32,000 nucleotides of DNA from Synechocystis sp. PCC 6803 substr. PCC-P (GCF_000284455.1 NC_017039.1:600001-632000); one strand, 5' to 3'; shown: positions 8,818 through 17,280, counted from the first letter of the stretch. A program made the numbers and translations. Notes: generated by a model from the sequence alone, not told the origin.

Positions 8818-9334
8818 ATGACAGCTTTATCGGTGTCAAGTTGCCAATATCAATTCACTAATCTCTCCAAGGAATGGGGTAAACCTCTCTGGATGAAACT
8901 AGAAGCGGTCTTAATGTACATGAGTGGCATGTCAATGAATGCTACAGCAAAACTATTGTGAGTTTCTACTCAGTCAGTGCTCAACTGGATTAGGGATTTT
9001 GGCGAAGCAAACTACGAGAAACCAGCTCCAGACTCAGCAATCGTAGTAGAATTAGACGGACTGTGGCATTTTCTTCTGACTGGAGGCCCTATCAATAACT
9101 GCTGAAGAACATCCCGATACTTTTCATGGGATTAGCAAAAGAGAAACAGTGGGAATTGAGAGAAACAACTCAGATAATCGTCATTAGTTTGCTAGATTTC
9201 ATCGCCGCACGAAAGTCGTCTCCAGGTCAGCCCACATGGTTGATATCACCATGGAAATCTTTGCTAAATTCAGGGTCAATGGTAGTATGGAACTATTGCC
9301 CAACTGGTACTTCTCATTACTTTCTTGAAACTCT
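8818..9334 (+). mobile_element. Degenerate IS1-family (ISY120-like) remnant, right copy, with internal deletion and in-frame stops
   Basis: Reading from the ATG at 8818 gives InsA-like ...CQYQFTNLSKEWGKPLWMKLEAVLMYMSGMSMNATAKLL. A TGA at 8959-8961 follows, then VSTQSVLNWIRDFGEANYEKP...VVELDGLWHF. A deletion junction joins this directly to DWRPYQ-type sequence (9078 onward), and a TAG interrupts RH*FARFHRRTK. The 5' boundary is uncertain and may extend to about 8716. Confidence 0.75.
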
Positions 9335-9531
9335 CTAAATTCCCGGCAAGGAACAGGGAAAAACTGAATGAAGGCAAACTTTATCCCCGCTTAGGTGTTT
9401 TACCGAAAACCGTCGTAAAGCTTCTGGTTTGAGCCATGGGTAATATAGTGTGTCAACGTTTAAATATCTGACCATGGCCCGTCAGCAAACTGCAAATGGA
9501 GCCCAGTCTCCTCGGAGTAAAAAAATTTTTG

Positions 9532-9537
9532 TATAAT
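9532..9537 (+). promoter_or_regulatory. Candidate -10 box (perfect TATAAT, preceded by TG) for the GNAT gene
   Basis: TTGTATAAT lies 34 nt upstream of the ATG at 9571, after an A7/T5 tract. There is no convincing -35. This hexamer occurs by chance several times in 32 kb, so position is the only support. Confidence 0.3.
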
Positions 9538-9570
9538 TCCGGGAACGGTATTTCTCCTTACTCCGCCTGA

Positions 9571-10155
9571 ATGGTCAAGTCCACCCCTTCTCCTCTCCTC
9601 TCCGTTGCAATTCGTGCGGCTACGGTGGAAGATATTCCGCCCCTGGCCAATCTCCTAATTAAAAGTTTCCATCCCCCCCAAAACTGGTTGATGTGGAGCT
9701 ATCCTTTTTTGCGCCTGGGCATCACAGAAGATCTGAGGCTACGCATGCGCCATGGCGATAATGCCTACCATTGCCTCATTGCGGTTAATTCAGATAACGG
9801 AGAAATACTTGGCACCGCTGAAGTTTCCCTCAAACACTGGTTCACCCGCCCCAAAACCACTGCCTACATTTCTAACCTAGCCGTGAGCCCCCAACATCGC
9901 CGCCTAGGGATCGCCAAGCAATTAATCCAAAAATGTGAAGCCATTGCCGACCAGTGGCAGTGCCGTCGCCTTAGTCTCCATGTGATGGAAAATAATTTGG
10001 GCGCCCAAAATCTCTACCAAACCTTGGGATTCATTTATCAAGAAGCAGAATGGAGTTGGCGGGCTTGGCTATGGCAGAAACCCCGACGGTTACTATGGGA
10101 AAAGATTCTAACCACGGAAATTCTTTGTCCCACCCCTGTCCACCAAACCCCCTAA
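9571..10155 (+). CDS. GNAT-family N-acetyltransferase
   Basis: 194-aa ORF with the acetyl-CoA binding motif A (ISNLAVSPQHRRLGIAKQLIQKCEAIA) and motif B (NLGAQNLYQTLGF). Confidence 0.85.
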   Translation: MVKSTPSPLLSVAIRAATVEDIPPLANLLIKSFHPPQNWLMWSYPFLRLGITEDLRLRMRHGDNAYHCLIAVNSDNGEILGTAEVSLKHWFTRPKTTAYISNLAVSPQHRRLGIAKQLIQKCEAIADQWQCRRLSLHVMENNLGAQNLYQTLGFIYQEAEWSWRAWLWQKPRRLLWEKILTTEILCPTPVHQTP

Positions 10156-10589
10156 TGACTTCCGCCGAAGCCTTACTGGAGCAGATCCAAAACAAACAAT
10201 CCCTAGTGATCAACCCCCGTCGTCGCAATGGGGTTATTTTAGTGAAGCCCTACCATGCTGAATTTGCTGGGCCAGGGGCCTTTGTGGGGGGAGACCTAGA
10301 CCAAGATGTGACCTTTTGTTACCCGGTGGGTAACCTTGCTTGGTTAACTCCTCCATCCTCCGCAGAGCAAATCAAGGCTTATCTAATTCGCCGACAGTGG
10401 ACTGTGTTAATCAAACAAATTGTTGATAATCCCATCGCCATGGAAAGGGCCCAGGTGATTTTAAATCAGCTAGAAAATTGGTTTGATGATGCCACGGTGG
10501 CGCTTTTGCCAGATTCTGCGGTGGCAACTTTAGTGGGGGTTTTACCTTCTACGGTACGGAGTGCCCGCACCAATGCAACGGTGTTTTAG
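10155..10589 (+). CDS. Hypothetical protein (144 aa), translationally coupled to the GNAT gene; C-terminal HTH-like stretch
   Basis: The track ORF 10050-10589 overlaps the GNAT gene. The in-frame ATG at 10155-10157 overlaps the GNAT stop as TAATG, so I start here (MTSAEALLEQ...). The C-terminus DSAVATLVGVLPSTVRSARTN resembles a short HTH. No family recognised. Confidence 0.6.
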   Translation: MTSAEALLEQIQNKQSLVINPRRRNGVILVKPYHAEFAGPGAFVGGDLDQDVTFCYPVGNLAWLTPPSSAEQIKAYLIRRQWTVLIKQIVDNPIAMERAQVILNQLENWFDDATVALLPDSAVATLVGVLPSTVRSARTNATVF

Positions 10590-11139
10590 CTCCTTTTCAG
10601 CCTGAGACAGTTTATTTGCTTGCCTGTCAATGGAAATGATGATGATTTCCCGATTATTAGGATTAGGCCGTTGCCCAAAATGTTGGTCGGTCAACAAAAT
10701 CTCTGACCTATAAATGTTAATCAACTGGATAACTTTTCCTGGAGTATTAGGTATAGTTTGCTGGCAAATATTTTTTGACCAACAACTAAAAGTTAAGTAA
10801 AGGTTAAGGATCCGTTAAGCAAAGTTTAATGCTCCGGGTCACTTATAAAAATATTTTATGAATAACGTCGTAGCAGATATGAAATTACCAAACTCGGGGC
10901 GGAATTCTAGAGGGAGCGATGGCTCAAACTAGGTAAATTGGTCAGCCAAAGCCCTTCTCTGTCGAGGTTATACGTTTTTTGCATAGCTTTTAGTCGGTGC
11001 CCTTGGAATTGTTCAAAATAGGTGCTAGAATTCTCACTGAGGAATTTCTTGGTCTTCGCTGATCAAGAATCAGGTCAATAATCCAAGTTTCAACTGCTAT
11101 TCAATTTATCGGTTGTGCCTGGCTTGATTAATGTAATCG

Positions 11140-11148
11140 GTGTGAGGA
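11140..11148 (+). promoter_or_regulatory. Shine-Dalgarno region of the porin gene, embedded in GTGTGAGGA (9-nt complement of the Yfr1 sRNA core)
   Basis: GGTGTGAGGATCC ends 10 nt before the ATG at 11159. GTGTGAGGA is the reverse complement of UCCUCACAC. Confidence 0.35.
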
Positions 11149-11158
11149 TCCCTTTGTT

Positions 11159-12934
11159 ATGAATAAGTTGACCAGTCATTTACTGAAATTATTTCCGTTG
11201 GCCCTAGGTAGCTCCTTGGCTATTGTTCCCGGCGCCATGGCCCAGTCCACAGGTGAATTGGCCACCCCTGGAGATTTCCCTAGAATTAGTAATCAGGGTG
11301 ACAGTCTGGAACTGATGCGTCGTCGTCAGAATGCCGGTACCTTCAATGCGGCTACCCCAGATATCACCGACATGTCCCAGGTAACTAGTGTGTCCGAGTT
11401 GCGGGATGTGCAACCCACCGCCTGGGCCTATGAAGCATTAAAAAGTTTAGTAGAACGCTACGGTTGTATTGTTGGTTATCCTGACCGGACTTTCCGCGGC
11501 GATCGGGCCCTTTCCCGTTGGGAATTCGCCGCTGGTTTGAATGCTTGTATGAACGTGATGGAGCGTTTGATTCAGGAGAACGTGGCGGTCCTACGGGAAG
11601 ACATTGATAAACTCAAGCGCTTGATGCAAGAGTTTGAAGCGGAATTGGCCGCCCTTGGTGCTCGTATTGATAACCTGGAAACCCGCACGTCTTTCCTAGA
11701 AGATCATCAATTCTCCACCACCACCAAGCTGAACGGGGTCGCCGTTTTTGCCTTGGTTGACCAGTGGGGCGGTGATAAAGCTGTGGATTGGCGGCAACAG
11801 GACAACATTGACAACTTCGGCGCTGCCGCTCCGGCTCCGGTAGAAGAGAATGCTACCCTCTCCAGTAGGGTTCGTTTAAACTTTGACACTAGCTTTACTG
11901 GTAAGGACTTACTACGTACCCGTTTGCAGGCTGGTAGTGTGCCCAACTTGTCTGGTCCTACTGGCACCAACATGGCTCGTCTTTCCTTTGACGGTTCCAG
12001 CCCGGACAATAACGTTGATATTAACAAGTTGTTCTATCGCTTCCCCATGGGTAACCTTACCACCTGGATTGGCGGTACTGGTTTAGCTCTGGACGATGTG
12101 TTCAAAACCTATAATCCCTACCTAGAAAGTGGGGACAGTGGTGCTTTGAGTCGCTTTAGCCGCTATAGTCCCTTTGTAAACCGGGGTCCTGAGGGGACTG
12201 GTGGAGCTTTGCGTTATAAATTCAATGACGTTTTCACTGTCAGTGCGGCCTATTTGGCTGATACAGGCCAGGCTAGCACCCCCTCCGATGATGTTTTCAC
12301 TAGTGGAGGCAATACCTTCCGTAGTGGTAATGGCTTCTTTAACGGTAGCTATAGCACTGGGGTTCAATTTGACATCAAACCAGTCGACAACTTCAGCTTT
12401 GGTATTTCTTACTTGCACAAATACTACAGCCAAGGGGATGTTAACCTGACCGGCAGCACCGGTAGCCGCATTGCTAGTAATCCCTTTTACCAGGCGGCTA
12501 CCACCATGGATACCTATAACCTCCAAGCTACCTGGCAGATCACCGACAAGTTTAATCTTTCCGGTTGGTTTGGCTATGCCAATGCCACAGCCCAAGGTTT
12601 CAACACCGGTGGTAATCCCCAAAACCGTGATGGTTTAGGCGCTGACCTCTGGACGTGGAATGCAGCTCTGTCCGTCATTGATGTGTTCAAAGAGGGGGCG
12701 GTGTTGTCCCTGAGTGGTGGTTTGATGCCCTATGCTCCCTACGTTGGTAGCTTGAGCGGCGATCGCATTAGCAATGACCGCAACTCCCCCTATATCATCG
12801 AGGCTCAATACCAGTTCCCTGTGAACAAAAACATCCAAATTACCCCTGGTGCTTACGTAATTCTTAGCCCCGAAGCCAACAGCAACAACAGTGCCATTTG
12901 GGTTGGTGTACTCCGCACCACCTTCAAGTTCTAG
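11159..12934 (+). CDS. Outer-membrane porin with an SLH domain, a coiled coil and an OprB-like beta-barrel
   Basis: 591 aa. Signal peptide (LAIVPGAMA-QS). SLH motif (WAYEALKSLVERYGCIVGYPDRTFRGDRALSRWEFAAGL). Coiled-coil segment (LREDIDKLKRLMQEFEAELAAL). The remainder has the alternating aromatic/polar pattern of a beta-barrel and ends in F. Recalled as slr1908. Confidence 0.9.
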   Translation: MNKLTSHLLKLFPLALGSSLAIVPGAMAQSTGELATPGDFPRISNQGDSLELMRRRQNAGTFNAATPDITDMSQVTSVSELRDVQPTAWAYEALKSLVERYGCIVGYPDRTFRGDRALSRWEFAAGLNACMNVMERLIQENVAVLREDIDKLKRLMQEFEAELAALGARIDNLETRTSFLEDHQFSTTTKLNGVAVFALVDQWGGDKAVDWRQQDNIDNFGAAAPAPVEENATLSSRVRLNFDTSFTGKDLLRTRLQAGSVPNLSGPTGTNMARLSFDGSSPDNNVDINKLFYRFPMGNLTTWIGGTGLALDDVFKTYNPYLESGDSGALSRFSRYSPFVNRGPEGTGGALRYKFNDVFTVSAAYLADTGQASTPSDDVFTSGGNTFRSGNGFFNGSYSTGVQFDIKPVDNFSFGISYLHKYYSQGDVNLTGSTGSRIASNPFYQAATTMDTYNLQATWQITDKFNLSGWFGYANATAQGFNTGGNPQNRDGLGADLWTWNAALSVIDVFKEGAVLSLSGGLMPYAPYVGSLSGDRISNDRNSPYIIEAQYQFPVNKNIQITPGAYVILSPEANSNNSAIWVGVLRTTFKF

Positions 12935-12985
12935 GAACTTTGTTGGGGTAAAACCAATACTCACACCAGTAACTTCCAGATATTT

Positions 12986-13014
12986 AGCCCCCACTTTATT
13001 GCTGGGGGTTTTTT
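12986..13014 (+). terminator. Rho-independent terminator of the porin gene
   Basis: AGCCCCCA-CTTTATTGC-TGGGGGTT forms a stem with six Watson-Crick pairs, a G-U and an A-U, and a 9-nt loop. The T6 run (13009-13014) begins within the 3' arm of the stem. It starts 52 nt after the stop codon. Confidence 0.75.
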
Positions 13015-13203
13015 CAATACTAATCTTGGCGATCGCCTGCTGGTGGGATGAAAAACTCCATATCCGGCAAAACTATTTAGACGGTACAGTTCGTCGGTTA
13101 GGATTATTTAGGGATGATGGTAGTCGGAAAAATTCTCAGATAAACCTTAGTTTTACCCCCGATCGCCAAGGTCAACCTGGTTAACCTGCAAAAATTAATC
13201 GCC

Positions 13204-13845
<642 letters not shown>

Positions 13846-13902
13846 GGTTCTTTGCCACTGGTTTTCTAGTGGGCCAGCACCAATTAGAAAAACAACATAT
13901 TC

Positions 13903-14919
13903 ATGAACTACTTTTCCTGTTCCCTGCCGAAAAGTTTGGGTCTAATTTGTGCCAGCTTGCTGAGTCTCCCGGCCCTGGCCCCGCCGGTCTGGGCTGGCTC
14001 CTTGGAATATTGGAAATTTGATCTGCGGGATAGTCGTCTGGACATCATTACCGATGAAGATGTCAGACCCCAGGTAAATGTGCTGCGAAACCCCACCAGG
14101 GTGGTGGTGGATTTACCAGGTATCGAACACCGGGGCCCTACCATTTATAAGCCCCTTACCCAGTATGTTAAAGAAGCAAGGGTTGGTCGATGGAATAATA
14201 ATTCGACTCGCATTGTCTTGGAATTGACGGAACCTTTCACGGTCAAGCCCTGGGAAGTGCAGGTGCGGGGGTTAGCACCCAATCGTTGGTATGCCCGCCT
14301 ACCCACCATCCTCCAACCTTCGGAATATAGTTTGCCCCAGGAAACGGTGGCGGTTAATGTGCCAGCCCCAGCCCCCAGGCCCCTACGACGCTTTACGGTG
14401 GTTCTAGATGCGGGCCATGGCGGTCAGGATCCAGGGGCGATCGGGCAACGGGGCATCCGAGAAAAGGATGTGGTGTTGGCCATTACCAGGGGGGTGGCTA
14501 GGGAGTTGGAAAAACAGGGCATTGAAGTGGTGATGACCCGCAACAGTGATATATTTGTTTCTCTGCAGGGTCGGGTGCAGAGGGCAGCGGCGGCCCGGGC
14601 GGACATTTTTGTTAGTATCCATGCGAACTCCATCGGGTTGGGGCGGCCGGAAGTCAATGGGGTGGAAACCTATTATTTCCAAACGGGGCGTTCCTTAGCC
14701 CAAACCATTCATCGCAGTATCCTACAGCGGCTTAATGTGCGCGATCGCCGGGTGCGCCAGGCTAGATTTTATGTGTTGCGCCGTACTTCCATGCCTTCTA
14801 CCCTAGTGGAGGTGGGTTTTGTCACGGGGAGTCAAGATAGTCGCAATCTTAGTAATCCCCGCTTTCAACAGCAAATGGCTGAGGCGATCGCCGCCGGTAT
14901 CGTACAGTATTTGAAGTAA
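13903..14919 (+). CDS. N-acetylmuramoyl-L-alanine amidase (AmiC-like) with an N-terminal AMIN domain
   Basis: 338 aa. A signal peptide is followed by an AMIN-like segment (LEYWKFDLRDSRLDIITD...TRVVVDLPGIE). The Amidase_3 catalytic domain has VVLDAGHGGQDPGAIG, EKDVVL, FVSIHANS and LVEVGFVT. It starts 57 nt after the response-regulator stop. Confidence 0.9.
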   Translation: MNYFSCSLPKSLGLICASLLSLPALAPPVWAGSLEYWKFDLRDSRLDIITDEDVRPQVNVLRNPTRVVVDLPGIEHRGPTIYKPLTQYVKEARVGRWNNNSTRIVLELTEPFTVKPWEVQVRGLAPNRWYARLPTILQPSEYSLPQETVAVNVPAPAPRPLRRFTVVLDAGHGGQDPGAIGQRGIREKDVVLAITRGVARELEKQGIEVVMTRNSDIFVSLQGRVQRAAAARADIFVSIHANSIGLGRPEVNGVETYYFQTGRSLAQTIHRSILQRLNVRDRRVRQARFYVLRRTSMPSTLVEVGFVTGSQDSRNLSNPRFQQQMAEAIAAGIVQYLK

Positions 14920-14942
14920 GTTCACCCCCCGACCGCAGTCGA

Positions 14943-15371
14943 ATGTTTTCCCCCGACCCCATACTTCCCGACGACGGCCAACATCCCTGGCGTTACCGAC
15001 TAGACCAGTTCACCAAGGAGGAACAAACCGCCCTAGGGGCCCTGGCCTGGGCGTTTTACCAACAATGGCCAGCCAAAGAACAGTATTTAGGTTTGGACCT
15101 CCATCCTCAAGCCCATTTCATTAGCTGTGCTCCCCAGGCGATCGCCCAACTCAATGACCAGGTGAACGGCCGCATCCAAGAAATGGTGGGAATTTTGTAC
15201 GGTTATGACCCGAGAACAGAAGTGGCCATTTTTGTCATTGGCCCCACCCAATTCAAACTGCTCTTTTTCCAGCCAATTCCCGACCCCGCCAGTTGTTTTG
15301 CCGCATTGGGACTGACCATTGAGGAACTCAAACACAGGCTGGAAAAGACACTCCAGGAAAAACTAGCCTAG
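14943..15371 (+). CDS. Hypothetical protein (142 aa)
   Basis: The ORF starts 23 nt after the amidase stop with coding-like composition. No family recognised. Its stop overlaps the stop of the convergent gene. Confidence 0.6.
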   Translation: MFSPDPILPDDGQHPWRYRLDQFTKEEQTALGALAWAFYQQWPAKEQYLGLDLHPQAHFISCAPQAIAQLNDQVNGRIQEMVGILYGYDPRTEVAIFVIGPTQFKLLFFQPIPDPASCFAALGLTIEELKHRLEKTLQEKLA

Positions 15372-15805
15372 GGACTAGTGGACTCAATCAATTCTAGATT
15401 GGCGCCTGGGTTGATAAATGTTTGATTATTGCCCCCTGCATTGCGGCACACAGCACCACTGTCCGATTGAAAGACGGTGAAGCGGTCATTGACTTGGCAT
15501 AGTTTGATGGACTCACTACCTGCCATCTCAGCAATGGCTTTGCGGTTCGGAGCCACCCCATCGCTAATTTTGAAGTAGGTAAAGGCACTGTCGGAATAGA
15601 CCACACACTCCCCCGGTTCTACCACCCACCAACCTTCACTCACCCAAATCCCATTGGGATTTTCGTAGCCCTGAGCCATGAATAAGTTGGTGTTGAGATA
15701 ATTGCAGCTTTTTCCGGCGATCGCCGGGGTTGGGGCAAAAACACTGCCTACCAAGGTGGATCCTAGTACCATCACCGCCGCAGACCATAACCCTTTATTA
15801 ACCAT
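15368..15805 (-). CDS. Secreted protein, DUF1036-like
   Basis: 145 aa. Signal peptide (AVMVLGSTLVGSVFAPTPAIA-GK). The pattern CNYLNTNLFMAQGYENPNGIWVSEGWWVVEPGECVVY matches what I recall of DUF1036 (CN.T...GW.S.GWW.I.PG.C). Confidence 0.6.
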   Translation of the reverse strand: MVNKGLWSAAVMVLGSTLVGSVFAPTPAIAGKSCNYLNTNLFMAQGYENPNGIWVSEGWWVVEPGECVVYSDSAFTYFKISDGVAPNRKAIAEMAGSESIKLCQVNDRFTVFQSDSGAVCRNAGGNNQTFINPGANLELIESTSP

Positions 15806-16054
15806 AAAAACTCCTCAAACCACAGAAATTGTTAACGCCAATCTTACTAGAACTAGGCTGGCTTTGCCCACGGCCAGGGATGGGCTTACCCTGGGGATAA
15901 ATAGTTTTTTGGTATTAAACTAAACAGGCCGTAACGGACAATACGGAAATTGTCGCTCCCAAAACACAAAATAGTCAGCACATCGACATAATTGACGGCG
16001 ATCGCCTAAATTACTAGAGTTGAGGCCAGTTTTGCCGTTGCCTTTTTTTCTTTT

Positions 16055-16065
16055 GTGTGAGGAGT
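16055..16065 (+). promoter_or_regulatory. Ribosome-binding region of the STAS gene; exact complement of the Yfr1 undecamer
   Basis: GTGTGAGGAGT at 16055-16065 contains the SD GAGGAG. It ends 4 nt before the ATG at 16070. Its reverse complement is ACTCCTCACAC. Confidence 0.4.
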
Positions 16066-16069
16066 CAGC

Positions 16070-16426
16070 ATGATGTCGTTTAACCCCCAGATTGTGACGA
16101 GGGATGTTTTCTATCCCCAAGGCACATTGAGTGCCGCTGTCACCCAAGCTTTCCAAGCTGATTTAGCAAGCTGGTTAGCCACTACCTCCAGTCCGGTGAT
16201 GGTGATTGACTTTAGCCAGGTGGACTTCCTCGACAGCGCTATTTTGGTGGTTTTGGTCAACACCTACAAAGAACTCCAGAGTCAAAACAGAACCTTGCTG
16301 TTAAGTGGGGTTTCCCCAGAACTGAAAATCATTTTTGAGTTGACCCAACTAAATCGAGTTTTTCCCATCTATAGCAACCCGGAAGTCGCCCTGGCCAACG
16401 GGGAAAAACCTGCCCTGGCCGCCTAG
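16070..16426 (+). CDS. STAS-domain anti-sigma-factor antagonist (SpoIIAA/RsbV-like)
   Basis: 118 aa with the pattern VMVIDFSQVDFLDSAILVVLVNTYKEL...LLLSGVSPELKIIFELTQLNRVFPIY, including the DS(A) position that corresponds to the phosphorylatable Ser. Recalled as slr1912. Confidence 0.85.
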   Translation: MMSFNPQIVTRDVFYPQGTLSAAVTQAFQADLASWLATTSSPVMVIDFSQVDFLDSAILVVLVNTYKELQSQNRTLLLSGVSPELKIIFELTQLNRVFPIYSNPEVALANGEKPALAA

Positions 16427-16557
16427 AACTTCGGAACTAATAAGAGGAGCTGGATTTGCCTCCCTGGTCAATTTTTATCAGGGTCGCTGGGGTTGCATGG
16501 ACTTTGGGGACTAAAATCTAGGTAATCCGCCCGGTTCATTGTTATTTTTTTGCCATC

Positions 16558-16911
16558 GTGTCTTCCCCGAAAAGCAAAGCCATCACTGTTCGTCCCACTC
16601 CCCCCCTGTCCCCGAGATTAGCTGCAGAGGAAAAGTTTAAGCAAGAAAAACTCCACGATACGGAGCTACTGTTGCAGGATATGTTTATTCGGGAGGAAGC
16701 CACCGTTAAATTGATTTTTGACTCCCTCTACGACATTGGTGCCATCAATATAATCAATAAAAAATTTCCCTTTCCCCCCCTAAATCGCTTTCTTAAATCC
16801 ATTGTTGGGGTACCAAAGCCCATTGCTAAAATATTGCTATTTCGTTGGTTTGTGGCCAATTGCCCTAGCTTGCTCACTAATTGGCTCCACAGTAAAGTCC
16901 GCTTCAAGTAG
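16558..16911 (+). CDS. Hypothetical protein (117 aa, GTG start)
   Basis: ORF with a 12-nt gap to the next ORF on the same strand. No family recognised. Confidence 0.5.
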   Translation: MSSPKSKAITVRPTPPLSPRLAAEEKFKQEKLHDTELLLQDMFIREEATVKLIFDSLYDIGAINIINKKFPFPPLNRFLKSIVGVPKPIAKILLFRWFVANCPSLLTNWLHSKVRFK

Positions 16912-16923
16912 GGGAACAGTGTA

Positions 16924-17280
16924 GTGATGGTAGGTTCGGGGCAATGTGAACAACTACGGTGCGGCAGACCAGGGCATTGGGCCCTATTGCTTCTGTTGTC
17001 GACTTCCAGTCCCATGGTTTTTTCCTTGGACCCTGGTTGGGCCCAATCTCCAACCTTGCCGCCCCCAGATGATATTCCCGAAGAAATTTTACGCACAGAA
17101 ATCATCCTTGAAGGGCGATCGCCTCTGGATGGGGAACCCTTGACCGCGACAGAATACGCGGAATTAATGGAAGCCCTGGCAGAAAATCCTAACCCGCCCC
17201 AACTTAGTCCCAGAATTCGCCATCTGGTGTTTTTGTTGAGGGTGAGGAAATTTTTTCGGACTTTGATTCCATTTTTGTGA
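16924..17280 (+). CDS. Hypothetical small secreted protein (118 aa)
   Basis: N-terminal hydrophobic signal-like segment (HWALLLLLSTSSPMVFSLDPGWA-QS), a proline/acidic mature part, and a basic hydrophobic C-terminus. The start codon (GTG 16924 or ATG 16927) is uncertain. Confidence 0.5.
   Translation: MMVGSGQCEQLRCGRPGHWALLLLLSTSSPMVFSLDPGWAQSPTLPPPDDIPEEILRTEIILEGRSPLDGEPLTATEYAELMEALAENPNPPQLSPRIRHLVFLLRVRKFFRTLIPFL

Noticed and set aside
9126-9338. 70-aa plus-strand ORF
   Set aside because: It is an out-of-frame reading across the degenerate IS1-family transposase remnant. The homologous transposase frame (GISKRETVGIERNNSDNRH*FARFHRRTK) is itself interrupted by a TAG and is covered by the mobile-element annotation. 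This is not an independent gene.
10050-10154. 5' extension of the 179-aa track ORF overlapping the GNAT gene
   Set aside because: The extension overlaps 105 nt of the GNAT CDS in another frame. The internal ATG at 10155 forms a TAATG coupling junction, which is the more parsimonious start.
12122-12994. 166-aa and 119-aa minus-strand ORFs antisense to the porin gene
   Set aside because: They lie almost entirely within the porin CDS, whose SLH and barrel features are clear; the 119-aa ORF extends only about 60 nt past the porin stop. The antisense translations are G/T/A/V-rich mirror artefacts with no start context.
15931-15944. GTA-N8-TAC (NtcA-consensus-like) site GTAACGGACAATAC, overlapping a GACAAT-N6-ATTGTC palindrome (15937-15954), in the divergent region upstream of the STAS gene
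   Set aside because: No TAN3T -10 box lies at the required spacing of about 22 nt on either strand. The GTA-N8-TAC pattern is expected several times by chance in 32 kb.
16040-16080. Possibility that the minus-strand ACTCCTCACAC at 16065-16055 is the yfr1 gene itself
   Set aside because: The minus-strand flanks lack the 5' stem-loop and the 3' terminator hairpin with U tail expected for Yfr1. Downstream is A-rich (AAAAGAAAAAAAGG) and upstream is antisense to the STAS start codon. A plus-strand target site fits better.
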